In this document: positions 23,606 through 35,100 of the stretch, piece after piece | Layout of the letters: every line of letters begins with the position of its first letter | Numbering within the stretch: the first letter of the stretch is position 1 | Assembly: GCA_035084275.1 (NCBI GenBank) | Contig: CM068750.1 | Coordinates: forward strand, 4,774,001 to 4,838,000 | Reading direction: 5' to 3' | DNA length: 64,000 nt | Origin: Hydrolagus colliei | Taxonomy: Eukaryota | Notes under the pieces: generated by a model | What the model saw: only the letters and a program-made list of their open reading frames with translations | What the model was told of the DNA's origin: nothing | The model's database searches: none | Position numbers and translations under genes: made by a program

Positions 23606-25744
23606 GGTTGTGGCTTTGATGCAGAAATATCAGGACCTGTGCTATTCTTGGTTCCCTTTATTCTCACCGTGTTCAGGAGAGAAGCTCAGAGATGGTAAAT
23701 GTGAAATTTTCGTATTAATGATTAATCCCAGGGACTCTGAAAGTAGATAACTGGCGACTTGGAAGTTACTACCAATCCAGTTGGGAAGTTCTGATTTTCA
23801 CATAACCTTGAGGTTAATAACTTAAGATCGGAACATTACTTTTGTCTGTCAAGCCCACTTCCTGTACAGACCACAGACAGCCTGCCCACCAAAGATTTCA
23901 CTCGCACTCCCGGTCCTCTTAAAATTTGCAATATACACGACTAAGCAAAAATATCAAAGCATCCCTCACAGGCCCACCACCCTTTACAGCCATTAACAAA
24001 ATACCACCTGGTTATCGAGGTGACATATAAGCATTAAGATCTTGCTGAGACGTCCTGTTTTCTCTTGCGTTGGCTTTGCTAACATAAGCGTCACCAGCAC
24101 AGCTATCACTTAAGACAATCAGCCCCCTGTCATGTCTAGAATTACTGTACGTGTCACTGCACACACTAATCACCAAGAGTGGACAGCTAGCAAATGCACC
24201 TATAAATTGTCAGCCATAATCGATTCCTAATACAGTACAAGTACATATTAGAACAACTACTTGCATTTATATAGCAGCCTCCAGGTGTGATTTGAAGACT
24301 GACAGGGGATGGGGGTTGGGTAAGATGGAGAGGTTGAATCGAGGATTTCCAGAAATTCAGGGGCACAGTGGCTGAAATCACGGTTGCCAATTGTGGAGTG
24401 GAGGGAACGAAGGATGTACATCAGACCTGTGGGGGTGATGTGAAGCGATTTCCCGTCAATTAAATAAAATATCCCATGGGTTTAAGTGACATTGGTTCAT
24501 TAGTTGTTAAAAAAAAGTCGACTGAATAAAAGTTTAAACAAATTCCTTTGGGATGTGTGTGCGTGTGTGTGATAGTTATCTATTTAAAACCCATTGATAA
24601 TTTAATGGGGACTGTCTGATAACATGCATCACTTCTCTGATCTCACATTGCAAACAACTGGGGCATCAAAAAACTGTTAACATTGCATCTGGGATGCCCT
24701 GAGTAACTGTCCTCGAGAATCATATTCTTCCTTATATTTGTATTGAAAACAAGGCAGATTCCATGTAAGTCTTTAAAAAAAACATTTTAAGACAAATTTG
24801 CCTTTGTGTGACCTTGAGCTTCATCTTGCAGCGAGTCAGTCAATGTGAGTCACCAGCAAAGCATCTTCAAGGCTGTTCCAGGAAAATGTAAATTCTCTAC
24901 ATTTAAGCAAAACACTTTTGTGCTAAGAATGGAGAGATTTACAGGACAATGGGTGGGTGAGGGTGTCTTGTTAAAATTGTTTCCATGTTGATACTGATGT
25001 GTTTCCTTGTGTACCTCAGACCTGCAGAGCTGGTTTTGAATTGCAATCCAGGCTGGATCTGCTTTTAATTGATTCATCGGGTAGCCAAGTGGTGTTAGCA
25101 GAGTGTATAGATATCACCTGCCTGTCGTTAATAGTAAATCCACTGAATATGGCATAACTAAACATTCGCCTGCAAAATCTACGTTTAATTGTCTTTACGG
25201 TACATTCTGTGAAGAGCTTATAGACGTCTCGATGAGGTGGTGAGAAAATTAACCGTACCTTAACTGAAGAGGTAAGTGTAGTCAATTCCAGTTTGCTGCA
25301 GGTATGAACATCAATCATGGAATGAAAAATGAACCCTTCAGCTCATCTAGCCCACCAGCCTCTCAAACCTTACACACCTTCACACCTTCATTTAATTTCT
25401 GAGCAAAGGTGCTGTATTTTACTGTATTCTCACTCACCTCAAGTGCCCAGGCAGAATCGCCAAGAGCTTTGGGACGTCCTCCCGACATGAAAGGCATCAT
25501 GGAAGTTTCAATTATACTGTATTGTAACAAAAAGGTTGAGAATCCCTGGACTAAACTAACTCTCTGGGCTCAGGCTTGAAGAATGACTAAGGGTGAGATA
25601 CTCAGAGGCCCCCTCTACCAGTTTGCATCGTTGCCTTGTAATAAAGGGAGAAAATCAAAGGTAAAATCAGAACAACAACAATAACACAATTACATTTATA
25701 GAGCACTGTTCACATTGGGAGGATTAATATACAACGATATCAAC

Positions 25745-25970
25745 TAAATTCCATTTGTATGGCGCCTTTCATATACGGGAAGACGTCTCAAGGCTCTGGA
25801 CAGACAATGGCTGAAGGCTTATTCAGCAATGATGGGGCGGGTGAGGTGGGGGATATGACGCAAGCCGAAAACTGCCGAGCGGAGGGAGCAGACAGGTTAG
25901 TATGCAGAGGTAGGGTGGGGGAAGCGAGGCCACGGAGGACTTTTAAAGTGAGGACCAGGATCTTGAACTG
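25745..25970 (-). mobile_element. L2 LINE 3' fragment
   Basis: Minus strand translates QFKILVLTLKVLRGLASP (L2 ORF2 C-terminal motif) and ends in an L2-type tail. Confidence 0.75.
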
Positions 25971-26155
25971 TAATATGACATAGCACCATAACCCATTACT
26001 GTTTGACTTTCAACTCTCGTCAATTACTTCCTCTGGCACTTGCTGTGTTTGTGCGTGCGTGTGTGTGGGACATATCACATGATGTCTCCGCAGTGAACCT
26101 GCTCAAAGTTTACTGAGAATTCGCATGTGGATTGGGACTTGCTGCACTGAGCAGG

Positions 26156-26195
26156 ATGAATCCAGCACATCTCGTACTGTGCAGTCTGTTTTTTG
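26156..26195 (+). CDS. AMN: AMN exon 1 (signal peptide)
   Basis: agg[16 protein letters not shown], g|gtgagt; phase 1 matches exon 2. Confidence 0.8.
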
Positions 26196-29100
26196 GTGAG
26201 TACAGCATTGATCCTGGAGTTACAGCCTTTCCATTCGCTTGTAATCTCGAGACTGGATAAAACCAATCGAGCTGTGCATTGATATATATATATTCCACAG
26301 CAGTAAGACCGGAAGGCAAAGTTGTCAATTTTTTTGGGTGGTTGGGGGATTTAGTTTGTTACAGAACTTTACAAAATTTGCCCAAAGTGGGAGCAAAGGG
26401 ACTCTATAAGTTGGGGACGTTTAACTCATGTAGAAAAAAACACACACTTCAGGGCAGTGATTTTTCTAAGTCTATAACTTCAGTCACTTGGACTCGTTGT
26501 GAATTGCACAGTCCAGGAAAGTGCTATCAAGAAAGGAATACCAATAAAACTGCTGTTAATTATTGATAGTGTGTATATGCCATACCATCTATTTCAGAAT
26601 GTCACTATAGCACTGTACTGTATCACAGAGACTTGTAAATAACGCAAAAATAAATGCTTGCATTTTCCTTCCATTCCTAAATCAGCAAGTCAGTCACTTG
26701 GTAATCAGTAAACTCTGCTCTGTCTACCTGACCTTCTGACACTGCAGCCCCAATTAATTGGCTTTTGCGTTACGCCCACAAAATGTACAGTCAATTCACT
26801 TTACAGCATATTCTGTGAAGTGCTTTGAGACGTCACAAAGATGTGATAAGGTACTGTATCAAACGCAAGGATTATTATTATTCTTACCTGAGATGTTTCT
26901 CTCCCGCTAGCCACTTTGTTTGGTTCTATCTAAATTCTCTCAGCCTATGTAATAAGATGACCACACTTTGTAAACAATTGTGTGAAGCTCCTTGATTCCT
27001 CCTCCAACTTGAAAGGCACCACATCAAAGGCAAGGACTATTATTATAATAATAATGAAAATAATAATGCCTACATTTCATAAAGCACTTTTCACGTCTTC
27101 TAGCCATCTCAAAGCGCTTCACAGAATATACTGTAAAGTGAATTGACTATATATTTGTGGGCGAAACGTGGCAGCCAATTACGCACAGCAGTGTCCCACA
27201 AACAGTCGTGGATTGAAATGACCAATGTTTTATTATTGTGGGTTTTTTGGAGGGATTATTATCAGGTGTGTGGAGTAAGGAAACTTGCCCAAGGTTTTGC
27301 CCTGATCTGCCTGGATTCGAATGCGCGTCTCACGCTTTATTATTAATATTTACTCAATTTGTTTTGCTGCAGATGTCTCAAGCGCCTTGTACAGACAATG
27401 GATGCCTGACACCAACTTCCACAATGCCACAAACTGGGATAAGGGGAGGGTTCCTTGTGAAAATGATCGAGTGTACTTTTCCAGAGATCAGGTACGTTAC
27501 AGGACGGTCATCTCGGTTGCTTTGGGTTTTTCGTTCACAGTGAACAAATGAAAATCGCATTGTTTTTTGTTACTGGAACCCTGTTGCTTTCTGCTTGCAG
27601 AGTGTCTCTGTTTTCGTGGAGTTGCCACTTGCTCTGATTGAAATGGTAAGAACATCTCTGTACGTTGTAAGATGACTGCAGCTAGATATATTCCTATGTT
27701 AGTTTTAGCATGCGCACCCCTCCCTTACTCCATTCCCCCATTAACCCTTTCCTCTTTCTCCACTTTCTCCGCTCTTCCCCTTCATCCCCTCCCACTCCTT
27801 CCTCCCCTCTTTGCCTCCTCCCTCCCCTCCCACCATTCCCCTCCCCTCCCTTTCACCCCCTCCCCCACACAAAACCATTCAATGAATAGTTCATGTGTTT
27901 CGTGTTTCCCTGCGGTAGTTTTCCATAGTTTAGTCTTTGGCCTCTATTCCCATAAGCGCTTAAGCTGTGTACTTTGAACTATTTCATATTTATTCTATCA
28001 ATATACAACTGGAATAGCTTTACATAGCAGGAGACAGCTAAATCAACTTGGTATCTGGAATAAGAGACTGAGGAAAACAGGGTGAGAGAGAGAGAGAGAG
28101 AGAAAGGCTTACACGAGGCGATTTGAAAGGGAAAGATAGCATTCTTGTTCCCACCGCTCTCCATTTCCTTTCTTCCAATCAGTCAATTGTTCGCCAAACG
28201 TGTGCAATTTGGATTATTGTCTCAGCACTAAGCAGTAAGCAACTCCGACTTGACATGGCTCAATCCAGGGTACAGATTGCCCTCCCCCTAACCATCCCCT
28301 TGAACACTGAGGTTAATGCCTTTCTAGAAAAGCATGCATAACTGCATCCCAGAGAGATTTCCATTCCCCATTCCAGCTGTCCTTAAACTCCCTCAGCTCG
28401 ATGCTCTATTTCGTGCCAAATTAGAAGCTGTTGTCAAAACTGGACTTGTGTCCACTGGGACCTCATTTGAGTTTATCCAACGCACAATTGTTATTACACT
28501 TGGGTTCCTTAACAGCTGCCGACATTTTATCAAGCTTATTATAACTGCTCATTGTTTAATGAATATATAGACCTGTACTTTCATGTAGAGAAGCACTAGT
28601 ACTGTAATATATAACAATTCTGGCGTAGGGTATGGTTGAAGGGTCCACTACTGTGTATAAACTCCACTTCTCTCGCTCTCTCCCCATAGCACAATTGATA
28701 AAGAGTTTCTTTAAAGACAAAAGCTTATTACAAAAAAACAAGATTTCCCCTTGTGATTGAACTGGACCGGGGGGAGAGGCAATTTCCTTTGGTTCAGATG
28801 TTAAACTGAGGTGCAGTCTGCTTCTTCAGCTGGAGATAAATAGCACTACTGTATTTGAAAAGAGAAGGGAATTTTCTCCCGAGATCTTGACTAACAATGT
28901 CCCAGAGAAAATGAGTCATTCACTTTATGACTGTTTGTGGGACGTTGCTGTGCGTAAACGTTTGCTCTATGCGCCTGCAGAACACACAGTCACTACCCAT
29001 CACAATAATTCCTGTGAAGGGGTGCCTTTGAGACGTTTTGGACGACTCGATATAAGGCGTTGTACCAAATGCAAGGATTATTATTAACGTATAATGAAAA

Positions 29101-32100
29101 AGGCTAACACTCCTTCTTCCCAATCTGTTCAGCAAATTCCAGTCAATGGGGAGTTCATCTACAAACAAGGTGCTGGGTTTGTTGCCAGTGATGGGCAAAG
29201 TGCAAAAGGTACGTCTTCATTTATTGTGGAGACAAGTGTGTTTCCCCTAAAAAACAATAGGGTGATGAATTTCTGTTCTATAATTGGGCAGTAATATAAT
29301 ATAATATGTAACACTGGACTCCCCCAGAGTCCCTTTTAGGTTTCCAGGATTTGCTGAGCAATGCTCACTGTTCCCAGTTCTAGATCAACTCTCTGACAGT
29401 TACGCTCAATTTTGCATCGATTTAAGCTTTTCACTAGCAAACGTTTCAAGTTCTGGATCGATAGGAGCTCACCTCTGCGAACCACTACAAGTTCTCGATC
29501 AGTATAACTGCTTTCTCCGACTGTTAATTCAAGTTAATGATCAATATAACCTCCTTGGTGTCAGATACGTCACTCTCTGGATCAATAAGAGATTTTCAAT
29601 GACAGATGTTTCTAGTGCTGGAGTAATATAAGCTCTTATCTTACCTAACTCTTACCTGCGGAGTCCGGTAGCTCAGCGGTTCGAGCGCTCGCCTTGGATG
29701 GATGCGGGTGTGAGATGTGATGCTGGTACAGTAGAGGAGGGGTATGTTATTGAGAGCGGGGTTTAAAGCCCTATTTTGCTGGGATAAGGCAGTGCATGTT
29801 TTAACCCATGCGATTAACCCACGCTGTACCCCCTGAGTACATTTTGCTACTGCTCACTCACCGCGTTGAGGGCAATAAAATTCAGCATCAAAAACACACA
29901 CAACCGGGAACGATAAAATCCCAATACTGAGAATTCTGATGTACGTCAGGTGCGAGGCAAGTCTTTTTCAATTCAATTCCAGGCGAGGATATCACCTTTA
30001 AAAGTACCGATCAATATCAATGGTTTGATCCCAAACTCTGGCTCACACCTTTGCCCTCGACTGAACTGGATAACGAGCAGTACCTATTCACGGTGGATGA
30101 GGCAAGGGTTCCCTGTCAGTACGACGATGTTACTTTCCGATCTGATACCTCTTTCCGGGTGGGATTGGACACGGATGCTCCTCAAATTAATGTCAAGACC
30201 ATTTCCATCATGGATAAGGTGAGTGTGTGGAGTGCTCTGAGATGTTGCCCTGCGTGGAGGGCGCTATATAAGTGCAAGTTGTTGTGATCATTGTTTCGTG
30301 GCTTCAGGTCACTAACTAGGCATCTCGGCTGCTGCACACATGGACTGTTGAGGCAAAATGTCTTGCACAGAAAATGTTGAAAATGGTGAAACGTTCCTTT
30401 CGGACAAGGAAAATATGACTTAAAAGAGTGATAACACATTTTACCAATTACTCGTGTCATTCCTAGTCATTTTCTCTCTTCTAAACTAATCATCCATAAA
30501 CCTATAAAATGCTTTTGCTATAATCTTTAGGAGATGGAACTTTGTTGTGCTTACAGCAGACTCCACCCTAATCCTAAAACCCAGTCACTACACTTTACAA
30601 TAAATTCTGTTGGAGGGCTTTTGAGATGTCCTCCTTGCATGACAGCGCTACATCAAATGCAAGGATTAGTAAGATTTTTCAACAATTACTTTTGCTTGCA
30701 TTATAAAGATGGTGAATGTAAATTTCTGTCATTTAATTTTACTGAGTTACATTTTTCAAAACCATCAACTTCATGGCCATCAAGCCATGTTCCCTTTTAT
30801 TTTGAATATTATTGATAGCATCAACTTTCAGCCATTCAAATAGATGCCAAACAAAAGACTTCCGTAACTAATGGAATACAACCGGTGAATTAATGCATAA
30901 TGGAATATATAGATTATATTAATTGATTCTCATTTGCTGTTTCATATCATGTAGGGTTAACTCATTTTTCTCTCTCTCTCTGATAGATATTTACCAGCAA
31001 TGAAGAATTCGGTCAGTATCGGTTGACAAACACAGGAAAACTGCAGTTTCATGGAAGTGGCTCGATTAGTTTGACTAACAAATCATGTACAGATAAATCA
31101 GGATGTGAATGTGGTAACTCCGCTGTAAGTACAATTGGCGAATCAAAGGACTATATTAACTGTATTAACATTGGTTCAGGAGTCCTGTAGCTCTTGCCTC
31201 TCAAGCGAGAGACCTGGCTTCGATTCCAGAAAGCACAAAACCTTAAGCAAGTTTCCTTGCTCCACACGCCTGATAATAATCCCCCATGAAAAAAAAATAT
31301 TTGTTCACTCAATCCACGACTGTTTGTGGGACACTGCTGTGCGCAGTTGGCTGCCACATTTCACCCACAGCTATACAGTCAATTCACTTTACAGGATATT
31401 CTGTGAAGCTGTGAAACGCTTAGAGATATCTAGACGATGTAAAAAGTACTACATCAAATACAAGGATTATTATTATTATTTTGAGTATTACTATTATTCC
31501 CCCTCCATGAAACCTGTCCCGTTCTACACCTTACTGTTATATAGTAGCTCCTCAATGCAATGTAAAGTTACATTCATATTTCTTTATGTGAACTTTAAAG
31601 CTGGTATGGCGCGTAACGTTTCATTTTTCAGACAAATAATAATAATAATCATGACTGCAGTTTCTTTGCCTTCACAAATAGCACATGCCCCAGCTTGGCA
31701 TCACTTTGCTTTAGAGAATAGTTAGAATGAGCGGAGACCTGTACAAACAAGGTGTTCCAGGGAATTGGCTGCAGTTAATGTAACCTAGAATTTGGAGGTG
31801 GGTAGGAACACACAGTTTGCTCAATCTGCTGTGGTGGAAAAGTGAGAACAAACATTACTCCATTAACATTTCTGGCACTCGTATCTTAAACATTGAGTAC
31901 AATGCTTTTATTTAATCCCCTTGTTGTTATATATATATTTCTAGTAATCAAACCTTCTGCTCCATTCTGCCTCCAGAATCCCCCTACTTGAGTAATTTAT
32001 CAGCACTAACGTTTTATCTCTGTGGCTCATAAGAAATTATACCTTTAAGTTATTGAAGTGGGAGCTTGCATCTGTCTGTCGGCTAGCTTCTCTCCCCCAC

Positions 32101-35100
32101 CACTACACACTCACACACACACACTCCTTTTCCTCTGAAGGCATTGATTTATGCTGGGATATGGTTGCACAACACCCCTGTTTATCTACTGAAGCTGTTG
32201 TTTATGCATAGTTCACTCTGAGCATCATGGTTACCTGCTGAGTAATTGGCAATTGCTGCTCACACTAAAGTTTCTGATTAACCAGGTCTGAGTGGAAGAG
32301 AAATAGGTTGTGGTTTTGAAAGGAGGACAAAGATGAAAAAGAAACAAGCAAAGCTGAAGGTCAGAGCATCATAAACAGAGCAGGGCTGTGATATGCTATC
32401 CAACATGAAGGACAGTATATAACTACAACTTATTATAATGATAATAATGCTCACATTTGATGTGGAGTCCTGTAGCTCTGTGGTTAGAGCACTCGGCTTG
32501 CAAGTGAGAGACCTGGGTTCGATTCTAGGCAGGGTGAAACCTTGGGCAAGTTTCCTGACTCCACATGCCTAATAATCATAATACCTCCAAAGAAAAACAA
32601 TAGTAATTTGAACGCTCAATTCTGTGGGACACTGCTGTGTGCAATTGGCTGCCGTGTTTCGCCCACAAATATACAGTCAATTCACTTTACAGTATAATAT
32701 TTACAGTATAACATGAAGAGCGCAATATCAAATGCAAAGGAATGTGAGTGCAAATGCAAATAATAATATTATGATTATTATATAGCACTCTATCATGTCT
32801 GCAAGGCATCTCAATGTGCGTCACAGAATATACCGTACAGTGAAATGAGTGTATGTTTTATTATAAGCACAAGAGGTCTCAGGGTTAGTGAATAGTATAT
32901 CTGTGTACGTCTGTTGATTTACACTACCCTTCTCAGAACCTTGGCAGAATTTGTTCCAACCTGCAACAAGCTTCGGAGAGCCAGTGTCCAGTCCTTCATT
33001 GTGCAAATGCTCTGAAACCTCAAGGCCATTGCTGTGGGATATGTGGTGAGTGTCTCTCAACTTTCCTTTTGCACTCTCATTTGCACTGAACATACGTGAA
33101 TTCAATTCAGATGCCATCCGTTGAATTTGGTGAAGGTTGGGGTTGCAGGGCAAAGATGGATCAAATCAGTCCTTAGATAACATGAAATTCAATCTCGGTC
33201 ACTATAAAGCATCAATCTGTACATTTGTGTTGAGTGAATCGTGTGAATTATTACTGTAATTTGTAATCTCAGTCCCTTTCCCAGTTGATCCCATCCCTAT
33301 CTACTATTGTAGCCAATCTAGTCATTGCAAGCTATTTATGAGTAGTGTATCTTAGCTGTGGTTGAAGAGAATAGAGACTTGTTCCTTTCTCTGATAATTG
33401 TGAAAAAATTATTTGTGCCTTTCTAAATGTTTGCTCAATAACACTGTATTGATGGCTCATTGAATTCCAGGTGCCATCATTTACTTGGAATATAACTACT
33501 TGTTTGACATAGAGGTCTACACAGAACAACTCATCAGCTCGTTTCTGACTTTGGTATGTGTGAAGCAACATCTCTCTTTGTACGTTCACCTGCACTTGTA
33601 CAGTTATTTCTTCAGAACATGGATAAAAGTTGCTTTATGATTAATATACCAGCTTCGTCTACGATCGTTAATGTCCTTAGCTTTCAACTGGGTGTTATGA
33701 TCGAGTGGTTCTGTAACCTTCAATTCAAAGCCTTATTCATTTTAGCTGAAAACCTCTTTCTTTCTCAGACGGATTACAGAGGCGCTCGAATGGCCATTTC
33801 GAAGGTTTACAAGGAACGGTCTTCCGCCAAAGCTATCTCAGGCAAGGGGGTTCAACAGATCCAGGTTGTGTTGATTGACAGCGAAACCAAGTCGAAATCA
33901 GGAACTGTCGCAGCCGAGTTGGCCCAGGATATCATGGAACACATCAAATCCCAGGGTAACCGTGGCTGTGTTTCATTGAATTCTCTACTGACAATCACGA
34001 GGGATCTTGAAGGAGCTCGGTTTGATCTTTCAACTCCAAACGTTTCGTTTCTCCTGAGCAACTATTTACTCACGACCACCAAGTTTGTCGAACATGTGAA
34101 TACTGCACAGGCTCTTGTAATATTAATAATAGTAAGCCTTGCATTTGATTTAGTGCTTTTCACGTCTTCTAGACATCTCAAAGCGCTTCACAGAGAACAC
34201 TTGTACAGTGGATTGACTGTATATTTGTAGAGCGAAATGCAGCAGCCAATTGGCAACAGCAGTGTCCCACAAACCGTTGTGAAAAATTACCAATTTATTA
34301 TTGTTTTTTGAAGGGATTATTATCATGCATGTGCATGGAGTAAGGAAACTTGCCCATGGTTTTTCGCTGGAAGGGAATCAAACCCAAGTCTCTCACTTGT
34401 AAGGCGAGTGGTCTAACCACTGAGCTACAGGATTCCATGAACTGTATTGTAACACAATACTTGGATACGAAAAGGCTTTTGGTCTTGTGTGTGAAGCTTT
34501 TCCGTCACAGTCCACCATCCCCTCTCTTTCTCTTGCTGTGTTGTTCTTTGTCGGCTCTCCCTGTTGTGCAAAACCTTGACGTCGGTAACTACAAGCAGTC
34601 GGTTGTGCTTTATACAGGCGATACGTTAGGAATCACCAAGGCTGAGCACAAGACAGCCACTGGCATTGCTGGAGAGAGAGTGAGCAGTGGACAGATTGCC
34701 GGGATCGTGGTTGGTATCTTCATCGCTGCCGTATTGTTTGGAGGCTTCTTGTTCCTCATCCTTTCGGGAAAAATTAGGTAAGAAAAGATACTCACTGAAT
34801 TAATAAAATAGTTCAGGAATATGACAATATCAGAGACAGAATATTATACAGAGTGACCAAAAAGGCGTGACATAATAATAATCCTTGCATTTGATAGAGC
34901 GCCTTATCACATCTTTGGGATGTCTCAACACGCTTCACAGATGATTCTGTAAAGTGAATTGGCTGTGTATTGCGGCCGAAAGGCGGCAGCCAATTCTGCA
35001 CAGCAGCGTCCAGAACCATCCTGTCATCTGAAAAAAAAAATCATCGTGTCTTTAAGACTTATATCAGACATTGTGATGGTATCACGACCTTGTATTTTGG

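Noticed and set aside
33556-34230. 224-aa ORF as a standalone gene
   Set aside because: It is AMN exon 9 plus open intronic flanks and an antisense SINE.
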